NCBI GenBank assembly: GCA_973895155.1
Contig: OZ316898.1
Location: forward strand, 5,071,079 to 5,135,078
Length of the DNA stretch: 64,000 nt
Origin: Marsupella aquatica
Lineage: Eukaryota; Plantae; Marchantiophyta
Direction: 5' to 3'
In this document: positions 12,991 to 22,964 of the stretch, piece by piece
Layout: each line of letters begins with the position of its first letter
Numbering within the stretch: position 1 is the stretch's first letter
Notes under the pieces: generated by a model
The model's database searches: none
What the model was told of the DNA's origin: nothing
The model's input: the letters and a program-made list of their open reading frames with translations, nothing else
Translations under genes and position numbers: made by a program

Positions 12991-14967
12991 CTCCCCCTTG
13001 GCGACATAATGGGAATTATGAAGACAATCTAGACTAGTCCTAGAGCTAGACAAAAAAAATGACAATTTATCATCATGCTTATAGATACGCATGTTACGTT
13101 GACCAAAGAGGTGGACTGCCTCGTTAAAACCTTTAGCGGCGCTAGATTGAGGTAAAAACAACTCTACTACGGTAGTAGAGAAAAAAATAAAATATATGAC
13201 CCTAAAGGAAAAAGAGTACAGCCCGTCGATCCTCTTGGCGATAAAGGAAAATGCATTAGCATTAGGTGGAGTCATCAATCAGTAGATATCATGTGTTGTA
13301 AGTCAATCGCATGGTATGTAGGGTTGTCAAAGGTATTAAGATGCAACAGGAACTTCAATTGTCTCCAGAAGTTTGCAATATCTTAGATGAAGCCTGGCAA
13401 CAAACAAGTCAAGTTCATGTCCAATATAATGAGGAGCTTAGGTTAGTAGCTGAAAAATCACATTGTGTTGTTCCCCCTCAAAGATGAAAGTGGTATGATA
13501 GTATGTTGCTACATCTTGTGGTCGTAGGTTTGTGTTATCAAATGTCAAGTGTGGTATAGAAATAATAACTTCTACTCCTTGTAAGAGAATATAATTGGGT
13601 ATTTGTATGTGATTTGTGTATATTACATGGATTTTATCCTATGTTGGATATGTATGGTGTGAATGATGTTATCTCCCCCTCAACATGAGGTTGAGGTACA
13701 TGTACTATTTCCTTCTCAAGTTGAGTTTGAGGGATTTAACTATAGATGCATGTGCAGTGGGCACAGGGAGAAATCATGTATATTGAAAAGTTGTTTTCTC
13801 TTGTAGAACAGGGTGTGCCTTGTGAGAGAATATATAAATTTGCTTAAAATGGCATCACCAGGGGGTGTGCATGATTTGTCTTAAAATGGGCACTTCTGCC
13901 TTGCACGTCTGCAATGTTTTGTGTTATTTTGACAAGAGTGTCATGGAGTGGCAAACTCCTGGTATAGCCAAGTATGACCAAGTACAGAGGTACTTTCCAT
14001 TGTAGTGTATGAGTTTGGTTTAAGTTTTGGAGTAGATAAGTTAGAGAAAATGAAGTTTCTTCCCATTGATCTGCATAAAATGCATGTTATTTTCTCTTAA
14101 AATTGTGAGTGTGAGGAATATCTCTGAAATTTGGAACTCATCTATAGGTAAGGTTCGATAAGAATGCCCACTGATCAAGAGAATGTAGGGGTTAGATTAC
14201 GGGCTTTGCCCATATTAACTCCCTCATTAACTCATGTATAGATGAGATTAGGGGCTTTGCCCATTATCAAATCATCTCTACCTTTACCTTTGTTAGTCAT
14301 GGAAAGTCCCTTATCTGAGTCCGTTTGGATCTTATGAGATCAGATGATATTAGAAGGTGTATAAGTTCAAATGGTACTAGAAGGTGAATCTTCTCATGAG
14401 GTTTCCATCCCTCAAATTTCCTTCAGTCCTTTTCACCCTCCGGTTGTTGAGCCCTAATGCAACATTCGTTCTCTATAGGGTGTGGTGTCTTTTCAGATCT
14501 CACCTTGATTGAAATTTTGTTGATTGTGCTCTGCCTCTAATCAATCAGGTCTCTTTGATTGGATTGATTGACTCCAGCCCAAGCTTTATCCTGGTTTCTC
14601 TATGGACTTTGCGCTGCAGTGTTTCTTCTCCTCCTTCCATAAATCATGCTGCGTACTTTCAATCGTGCATTTCAAAATCAATTCCTCTAAAGCTTTTATT
14701 AATGATCCCATAAGGGTCAATCCAAGGGTTCGACTCTTTGTCTGATCAGCCTCTCCTTCTGATTTTGTTTCTTCTAATTTCTTGGGAGTCAGTTTCTCAC
14801 AGAGGAAACTCCATCAATTTCCAACGCCAGGTTGACATGGACTCTCAAATGAAGGTTTCCTTGAAAGGATTTTGTCTTGGGATTCCCTCAAGTGTCTAAT
14901 TTTTGTCATTTGTCGAATCCCTAAAAAAAGTTCAAGTGCTCAGCCTCCGAGAGTCGTGCTGATAACA

Positions 14968-15125
14968 TGTTAAGAGAGAATGAATCGAGAATGAATCGAG
15001 AATGAACCAGATACCGATTAGGAGTCACGGTTCTGCTTTATATATGTGTGTACAGGTATGGTTAAGGTATAACCATGCATGGTATAGTGACTCTATTCTA
15101 GTCTGGGGCTAGATGACTCATAACA
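14968..15125 (-). repeat. 5' LTR of the Copia element (158 bp)
   Basis: Same sequence as 12844-12990 with one extra 11-bp tgaatcgagaa unit and one C/T difference. Lies next to the PBS. Confidence 0.92.
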
Positions 15126-15524
15126 ACAATACTATTATTGAGCATTTTAAGACCATATAATGACCACATCCCTTTGGTCACAGGCATGGTTTGTTATGTT
15201 AAAACCTAAAAGTCAGTAACGGTAGTTTGACCCGGTTCCATGTCCTGCTGCCCCCAACACTCCACAGAGGCTCCCAGATTGTCGGAGCCAAGGGGCTCTA
15301 TTTGGCGTCCATGGCCACCCTCGCCCTCGCCCTCACTCGATCCCGAGCTCCTTCAACGGTGGTCCGGTTACGCTCCGTCGAGTCGACGGTGAACCATGCC
15401 GTCACCAGACTACACAGTAGACTCCCCGGTTTGATGTGACGGGCAACTTGCCGAGTTGCCCGACACGTAAACTCGGCATTTGCCGGCCTGAAATGCTCTC
15501 ATTTGACGCATATTCGTCTTTATT

Positions 15525-16212
15525 CCCCGGCTCGACCCGAACTTCTCCCGGCCCGGCCCGAACTCCTCCCGGCCTCTTCCCGGACCCGGCCCGGCCCCCC
15601 CTACCTCTCGTCACCCGGCCCCGGCCCCGGCTTTACGCCCCGGCTTTAAATCCCGGCCCGACCCGGGTGGAGGAAGGCCCGGGTGGGGGGAGGGAGGAGG
15701 CCCGGCCCGGGTGGAGGGGGGCCCGGGTGGGGGGAGGGAGGAGGCCCGGCCCGGGTGGAGGGGGGCCCGGGTGGGGGGGTGAGGAGGCCCGGGTGGGGGA
15801 AGGGAGGAGGCCCGGCCCGGGTGGGGGGGGTGAGGAGGCCCGGGTGGGGGAAGGGAGGAGGCCCGGCCCGGGTGGAGGGGTGAGGGGGCCCGGGTGGGGG
15901 GGGAGGAGACCGGGTCGGGAGGAGGACGAGGCCCGGGTGGGGGGAGGGAGGAGGGCCGGCCCGGGTGGAGGGAGGCCCGGGGGGAAGGAGGCCCGGGTGG
16001 GGAGGAGGAGGAGGCCCGGGGGGGAGGAGGCCCGGGTGGGGGGGGAAGGAGGCCCGGGTGGGGGGAGGGAGGAGGCCTGGCCCGGGTGGAGGGGGGCCCG
16101 GGGAGGGGGGGGAGGAGGCCGGGTGGGGAGGAGGACGAGGCCCGGGTGGGGGAAGGGAGGAGGGCCGGCCCGGGTGAAGGGAGGGGTGGGAGGAGGGAGG
16201 CCCGGCCTGGGT
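15525..16212. repeat. Left subterminal GC-rich array (ggcccgggtggggg..ggaggag units)
   Basis: Dozens of CCCGG/CCCGGG cores. C-rich at 15525-15660, then G-rich at 15660-16212. Confidence 0.9.
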
Positions 16213-16434
16213 TAAGGGAAGATAAGCCTGGGTTTTAGAGTTATGGATAAACTCAATTGAGATAAGTCATATCTGCTAATTTGGGGTTGTGACGATTTCT
16301 CGCCTATCTAGTATTTCAACCCCGCTAAATATAGAATGTTTTTCCATTCTAAATTGTATAAAACTTTGAGTTTTTCTCATTAGACACACTTCACTAAAAG
16401 TAGAGCACTCTATGTAAAGAGATAGAAAAGACTT

Positions 16435-16830
16435 TTGTGCGCGCGTGCTTGGAGGTTTTACTCGGCATGTGGTAATCCGCATAATAACTTTTTTCTTATC
16501 CCTTAACATTTAGTGGTACTTGTGGGTATTGTGAAACAAATTTTGACAATGTTGACATTCATGTACGCATGTTTGGAGCTAAAGCTTGACATGTGATATT
16601 TTACATGATTATCACTAATTGTCTCATATGTTTTCACTATATCGGCAAATGCTCATTAAATTATAGATATCACATACGTCGGATAGGAATGTTAACAACC
16701 AGAAAACAAAAGAGAACCGCTGTGCGCATGTTTGGAGTTTGACTCGACATGTGATATTTCACAGTAGTTTTTTTTTCTCGTTTTATTGTTGTTACTTCAA
16801 AAGACTAACAAATAATCATTCAATTTTTAT
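16435..16830 (+). promoter_or_regulatory. Left internal inverted-repeat arm with three copies of a ~40-bp motif, upstream of the transposase
   Basis: Consensus gtrcgcatgyttggagttt..ctcgrcatgtgrtattt at ~16441, ~16562 and ~16722. It is the reverse complement of 21470-21860. The regulatory role is inferred. Confidence 0.7.
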
Positions 16831-16893
16831 TAAGTGACTATGTTTAGCGACGTATAAGAAGACACTTTGTGTGTAAAGTTCTTGTTTTCGATC

Positions 16894-19752
16894 ATGTCTT
16901 CCGAAGAAGATGAGTCGGGCAACTCATCAGCTCATTCTACTCCTGTTAGGCACGGTGGAAATCACAATCGAGATCGTAGTGCAAAATTTTCCCCAGTGTG
17001 GAAATATTTTGAACGATGTGATACGCCGTCAGCGTGTAATGATATTAATCGTATATATCGAAGATGCAAATTTTGCAAGAAATATACAACGCATCATGCA
17101 ACACGAGCAAAAGCACATTTGATGGGAAACATACACAAAGGAGATGCGCCACCTTGCACATGCTTGTATGGAGTTGTTGACTTAGATGACATCAATAGAA
17201 TGTACAATGTCATAAAGGTTGACCCATCCATAAAGTACAAACGAAGTGATGGAAGTCATGTTCTGTTATCCATGAGAGGTCGTAGGTCATATAACCCATC
17301 TTCCAATTCGTAAGCATCAACTCGAGACTCAAATTTTGTTGACCTCGATGAGGATGGAAATATGAGTCATCGAAGTAGAGCATCAAATTTTGCAAACCCA
17401 ATCATGGATGCTTATCAAATTCCAAATAGAGCTCATTTGGATAAGCTGTGGGCCAAAGCTTTTTATTCAAGTGGTATTCCGTTCAATGTGTCGGAGAATC
17501 CTTTCTTCCATGAAGCAGTCACAGAAACCTCGAAAGGGATTGTAAATGGATATTCTCTTCCGGGTATGCGAAATTTGAGAATGAAATTATTGGAGGAGGC
17601 TAGAGTTGATCTTACAAAGGACATGACAAAAACAATGAAGGAGGCAAAACCTTTTGGATATTCCCTTTCATCCGATGGATGGGAAAATATCTGAAGGGAA
17701 CCTTTGATGAATGTCATGTTGTTGAGTTCAAAAGGAGATTTCTTTTTGGATAGTTGGAACGCTGCACAAGCCGACAAGAAAGATGGGAAGTATCTTGGTG
17801 ACATGTGGTTAAAATACATAGATGATATTGGCGCCGATCACATCATACAAATTGTTACTGATGGGGCGCCTGCAAATCGTGTAGCAGGTGAAGAGATAGT
17901 CATGAAAAAATATCCGCATGTGACATGGAGTTGGTGTGTTGCTCACGTTTTTAATTTGTTGCTAGAAGACATGTGTGGCCACAAGAATGTAGTGCTAGAT
18001 GAGGGGAAAAAAAATCCATTCAAAATGATTTTTAAGCACTTGAGATGGATAGTTAAAGCAGTTACATCATCACAAAAGTTGTCTGCAATATTTGTGAGGA
18101 AATCTGGGGACAAGAAGTTGTTAAATCCAAATGCAACGAGATTTGCAACAAATTTTTTAATGGCGCAGAGAGCATTGGAGCTAAGAGGAGCTTTACAACA
18201 AATGGTCATTGATGACAAGTGGCAATCCTATCGTGATCGCCTGCCAGTTCGACCAAAGTCACAGGGGCATATGACGAGGGGAAAGGCAGACGAACTTAAA
18301 TCGTGGATACAGCAAGATACATTTTGGGCTCAAGTAAAATCTACAGTTGCTTTTTTCCTGCCGTTGGTAAAGATGTTGCGAGAATTCGATGGAGTTTCAC
18401 CACAGTCTCCTTGGCTATATTGGAGCTTGAAAAAAGGAATAGCTAAACTGGAGGCGAGCATGGAGGGTTGTACATTAGTAACAGATTACTTAAAACCAAA
18501 GATAATGAAAGTGTATATGGATCGACAAAATTCACTTACTACTGATTTCATGTTAGCAGCAGCATATCTGAATCCTCAATTTTTCTTCGATGAAGATGAA
18601 GATGTGGTAGGAGATGCAGAACTGTATAGAGGCTTCAATGATTACGTTCGTAGATATGCAGAACACAAGGTGAAGGCAGGAATCAACCATGATCGAGATG
18701 TGACGACACTTATTTCTGACATCCAAATGCAGGCATTTGAGGCTCAAAAAAATTTGCCAAATTCATCGGTTGCAATTAGAGGAGCACAATCGAATATTGG
18801 GAAATTAAGTCCAGGAGAGTGGTGGCATTTGTATGGAGCTGATTACGCGGAGCTAAGATTGATGGCGAGAAGAATCACGCATCAACAAATGTGTGCATCT
18901 TCATGCGAATGAAATTGGATTTCGTATGGCTTTATCCATTCAAAAAGCCGTAATAGGTTGACCAATGATCGGACAAAAGACTTGGTTTTTGTATTCACAA
19001 ATTCGAGGGTGCAAAAAGGGCTCACAAAGGTGAGAAACCCTCATACGTCTATGTATAGATGATATGAAGAAAGAACAATAACAAATGATGGCCCGAGGCC
19101 TACTTCCATAGAAGGATGTCACACTGAACAACATGGTGTTACATGTGCGGCTCTTGGAGAGGATGATGTGGAGGATTTTGATACAATTGATGACGCAGAT
19201 GAGGCTTTGCAAGGATTATCATTACACAATGATAGTCACATGTTGACTCGTATTCCACCAGATACTGAAATAAGTGATGTCGGAGAATGGGAAGATGAAA
19301 TGGATTTAATGATGTTCCCTACAATCGATGAGTCTCAAATTCAGGATGACGAGGACTACTCATTTGATGCAAACTTTGTAGTGCCTTCCCAACCAAACCC
19401 ATCCTTCACATACCCAACATTGAATCTACAAAATGATGTCCAAGCAAGTACTTCATACTTATTTCAACGACGAGGTGCTGCATCGGAGCTCTGTCCTGAG
19501 AGAACAACACCAACTTTGTTTGCGCAACCTGATGATGCACAGTGGGGACAACATGCTTCTCCAGCACAAAATATGTATGAAAGGCAGAACATGACAAATC
19601 CATACACATCAAGCATACATGCCCGTGTTGGGGCATTTCAAGAATATCATAGCGCAGATCCGGTCCAATGGATGACAAGACAATTTCAATTTGATCGACA
19701 GTTGCAAGAAAATGAGAACAATAACACAAGGCACTTTTTGTCACAACCTTGA
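16894..19752 (+). pseudogene. hAT transposase (BED finger, DUF659/RNase H-like core, C-terminal dimerisation domain) with four in-frame stops
   Basis: A single frame carries VWKYFER..RCKFCKK..RAKAHL (BED), SSDGWENI, IIQIVTDGA, CVAHVFNLLLED, NATRFATNF and EWWHLYG..CASSCE*NWISYGFIHSKSRNRL. Stops at 17311, 17692, 18910 and 19060. Confidence 0.93.
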
Positions 19753-19864
19753 CATCTGTTTAGGTATTACATGCTAGTACTATACGACAAACTATGATAT
19801 ACTATGCCGGATTGTGCATGTCCTATGCAATAAAATATGCTATACTAAACATTGAGTGTGCAAT

Positions 19865-21289
19865 CTACTCATTTCGGTTCTCATTGTCTTGCGCTTCTGC
19901 TTTCACCTCTGCCAGTTGCTGACAACGACGATGGCGACGAATAGATTGTTTTTGATACGCAACTGCTTTCTCTGTAGGGGTGGGCCACATTCGATTTTGT
20001 GGTAATGTGCATTGTGACTTGTGTTTGGACAACCCAAAATCACATATTCCTACATAAACTCTAATTGCCAAATCATCCCCGTGATCAAAGTGAAGAAGGA
20101 TGTTCCCAAAATGAAGATCACAATGGAAACGATCGTGTGCATGCAAATATTGCAAGGTCTCCAATAGAGCCATAGCAATCCCCAAACGATGTTCCAAAAA
20201 GAGTTTCTTTTCGGATATGAATGTCACATCAACCTCAGAAGTGGATTGTGTCTTCCCTTTGCTCTTACTCCATTTCCCACATTTATCTATGAAACTTCCC
20301 AAGTCACCTCCATTGTAATGGTCATAGATAAGTTTCGGTGGATCTTCGATAGTCATTGCCAAGGCCCCAATTATTCCTTTGTGATTCAAACCTCCCATGA
20401 GCACTTCTTGTAAAGCATCTGTTCGTCTCTTGTGCCGGTCTCCATCCTTAAATCGTTTTGCAACCAGTGTTGCATTTCGAGGAATCAATGGGCAATCCAA
20501 TATATGACATATGAACACATGTCCTTGGATGCCGCTTCCAATGCGATGCAAATTCGATACTTGCTCCCTCCTCAAGAAATGAATACTCCTGACCATGAGA
20601 ACAACTCGTGATGGACGCGTTCCTCTATCTGCAACCTCCACGCCAATCTCTCCAAACTGCACGACCTTGCTCGCATATTTGACATTACTCTCCGATTTGG
20701 CCATTGCTAACTCTTTGCTCCATTTAGCTAGCAAATCTCTTCTATGTGTGTATAGCCCAGGAACTCCAAGCATGACGGCCCCAGCCTCATCCAAATTGGA
20801 TTCCAACTTGTCCCAAAGATTCACCGCAAAATTCAACGCCAAATGTTCAACAAATCCACCCGGCTTCTCAAAATCACTTATTAAGGAAGCAATTTCATCT
20901 CGGGTTATGTCCTCTTCTTTCTCCACAATCTCACGCATGCAACGTCCCATGTCATTTAAAAGGTTTTTGTAACCCTCTGCTCCATGCATAGCATATTTCC
21001 TCTCAAAGCCATCCTGCTCATACTGTGCTGGCAAAGTGTAGGGATATAGAATCTTTTTCCAAATTGCAACTAACACATGTTGCCTTCTCTCTTTCAATGC
21101 AGCACCAATTGCTCCTCCTCTATGTTTCCGTTTCCCTAAGATTTTACCATGTTTACAAATTTCTAAGGTTTTGTGAGCATTCCTTAGAGCATTGAGAGCA
21201 TGAGGATCTGGTTGGTATCCCTCGTTTAGCATGGTCTTCATTGCCTCAAAAAGTTTCATATACTCTACACTCACATTTGCAGCGGCCAT
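19865..21289 (-). CDS. Transposon-borne non-RD protein kinase-like protein (long uncharacterised N-terminus; kinase appears truncated after DFG)
   Basis: Uninterrupted ORF, likely start MAAANV at 21289. Gly-loop IGSGIQGHV, VAK lysine, alphaC LQE, catalytic loop HCDLHFGNILL and ICDFGLSK are present. No APE motif or subdomains IX-XI are seen. Confidence 0.82.
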   Translation of the reverse strand: MAAANVSVEYMKLFEAMKTMLNEGYQPDPHALNALRNAHKTLEICKHGKILGKRKHRGGAIGAALKERRQHVLVAIWKKILYPYTLPAQYEQDGFERKYAMHGAEGYKNLLNDMGRCMREIVEKEEDITRDEIASLISDFEKPGGFVEHLALNFAVNLWDKLESNLDEAGAVMLGVPGLYTHRRDLLAKWSKELAMAKSESNVKYASKVVQFGEIGVEVADRGTRPSRVVLMVRSIHFLRREQVSNLHRIGSGIQGHVFICHILDCPLIPRNATLVAKRFKDGDRHKRRTDALQEVLMGGLNHKGIIGALAMTIEDPPKLIYDHYNGGDLGSFIDKCGKWSKSKGKTQSTSEVDVTFISEKKLFLEHRLGIAMALLETLQYLHAHDRFHCDLHFGNILLHFDHGDDLAIRVYVGICDFGLSKHKSQCTLPQNRMWPTPTEKAVAYQKQSIRRHRRCQQLAEVKAEAQDNENRNE

Positions 21290-21469
21290 GTTCTCAAGTA
21301 ACCACAACAAGTTGTAGGACAAAGAAAAGGCGCTTACGGAGTGTGTTGGCTGCTTGCCGAGGGTATGGATGATGCAAGTACAATAAAGCTGGATCAAGAA
21401 TCCTGAAATATCATTTCACACTTTGTGTTGGTACCAATAATACCCAAGCAATGAAATTTTAATATTTGT

Positions 21470-21860
21470 TCAATTTTTTATTCGTTTGTTTAGTACTTTG
21501 AAAGTAACAACGATGAGGGGGAAAGATAACTATGTGAAATACCACATGCCAAGCCGAAACTCCAAGCATGCGCACAAAATATGTCTTTTCCATCAAGTTG
21601 TTACATTCCTATTCCAATCTATGTGAAACCTATAGTTTAGATGTCATTTGTAAATGTTGTGAGAATATTTACAAGGAATCGAGATATCCATGCAAAATAC
21701 CACATGCCGAGCGGAAACTCCAAGCATGCGTACATGAAAATCTCTATCCTAAAAAATACTCCACTCAATTCACAAATCACACTAAACTGTTAAGGCGATA
21801 TTAGGTTCTCTCATACGAAATACCACATGCCAAGCATAAGCTCCAAGCATGCGCATACGT
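21470..21860 (-). promoter_or_regulatory. Right internal inverted-repeat arm with three copies of the same motif, upstream of the kinase
   Basis: aaataccacatgcc(a/g)agc..aactccaagcatgcg(c/t)a at ~21537, ~21695 and ~21818. The spacer sequences also align with the left arm. Confidence 0.7.
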
Positions 21861-22089
21861 GAGAACACTAATATCCCTCCAAATTAAAACTAAATGTTAA
21901 AGTCATACATGACAAAGCATAGCAAAAAAAAGACCGAAAATAATTCAAAAACGAATGAACTAAACTCAAAACAAAGCAAAACATAAGCAAAAGCAAGAAA
22001 AACTTACCAAAGGTCTCTCCTACAAAACAAGCAAACTTAGTAATGAGAAGTGACTAATGAGAGAAAGTGAGGAGACCTCCTCACTTTAT

Positions 22090-22600
22090 AGGCCCGGTCC
22101 CGGTCTGCCCCCCCCACCTCGTCAGCCGACCCCGGGTGGCCGAGCCCGATCCCCCCCGGCGGCTGCCCTCCTCTCGCGTGACCTAACCCTAAAGTCCCCC
22201 CCGGCCCGGCCCGGCCCGGCCCACCCCACCCCCGCCCGACCCGGGCCCACTCGGGCGGGGGTGGGCCGGGGGGCTTTAGGGACCGGGGCGGGGCTTTAGG
22301 GACCGGGGCGGGGGGGCGGGGGGGGGGGGCGGCTTTAGGGTCCGGGCCGGGAGGGGGGGGCTTTAGGGTCCGGGCCGGGAGGGGGGGCTTTAGGCTCCGG
22401 GCCGGGAGAGGGGGGGGGGGGCCTTTAGGGTCCGGGCCGGGGGAGGTTTAGGGTCCGGGGTCGGGAGGATGAAGGATCCGGGGTCTGGGCCGGGGGGGTT
22501 TAGGGTCCGGGGCCGGGAGTACTCAGGCCGGGACCGGATTTACTCGGGCCGGGACCGGATGATGCCGACCGGGAGAGACCGGGTGTCGGCTTGCCGGTTG
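22090..22600. repeat. Right subterminal GC-rich array containing TTTAGGG units
   Basis: ctttaggg(t/a)ccggg units at about 22275, 22295, 22334, 22362, 22424, 22447 and 22499, a variant at 22389, and ccctaaa at 22187. Confidence 0.9.
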
Positions 22601-22964
22601 ACGGCCTTAAAACGGCCTATTTGCCGGGCAAGTCCAAACCGGGGTAGACTCACTGCACCGCAGTAGACACGGTGCACCACAGTAGACGCAGTGCCCTCTT
22701 GTTCAGCAAACAGTGGGTGAAGCTTTTGTTCATTCTTCTGCAGCTTTCTCATGGAGAAGAAGTCCGGCGCCCCCTTCTCTCTCTTCCTCTCGCACTCGTG
22801 TACATCTCGCTCGCTCGTATCACTGAAATTGATGCCCCCTGCTGATCTCTTCCGAGTCTTGGTCACTGCTGCACGCTCTGTTTCAGTGTGCCGTTCATTG
22901 AACCATTCACTTTGGACTCTCTGGAGGTTTGCGGGCGGTAGGAGGCGAACGGCGGGCTTCGACA

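Larger units (their letters stand above)
12844..15125 (-). mobile_element. Non-autonomous Ty1/Copia LTR retrotransposon (Bianca-like PBS), 2.28 kb
   Basis: Near-identical TG..CA LTRs at 12844-12990 and 14968-15125. TSD ACAAT at 12839-12843 and 15126-15130. Minus-strand PPT caagggggag at 12991-13000 and PBS tgttatcagcacgactc at 14951-14967. No recognisable gag/pol ORF inside. Confidence 0.92.
15415..22655 (+). mobile_element. hAT-superfamily DNA transposon (~7.2 kb) carrying a transposase and a convergent protein-kinase ORF
   Basis: Imperfect TIRs: left cagt-agact-ccccggtttg at 15415, right reverse complement cagtgagtctaccccggtttg ending at 22655. GC-rich subterminal arrays at both ends and an internal hAT transposase. 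No clean 8-bp TSD found. Confidence 0.8.

Noticed and set aside
15436-16238. Gly/Arg/Pro-rich ORFs of up to 259 aa
   Set aside because: They are artefacts of the stop-free GC-rich subterminal repeat and are open in several frames.
17311-19062. In-frame stops as programmed readthrough or U-to-C editing sites
   Set aside because: Nuclear transposon context, mixed stop types and a similar pattern in the Gypsy make methylation-driven decay the simpler explanation.
22180-22510. True telomere or chromosome-fusion scar
   Set aside because: The heptamers are single units interspersed with other sequence inside a transposon end, not a tandem array.
15403-22663. 8-bp TSD for the hAT element
   Set aside because: The flanks agactaca and caccgcag do not match, so no TSD is claimed and the exact termini remain slightly uncertain.
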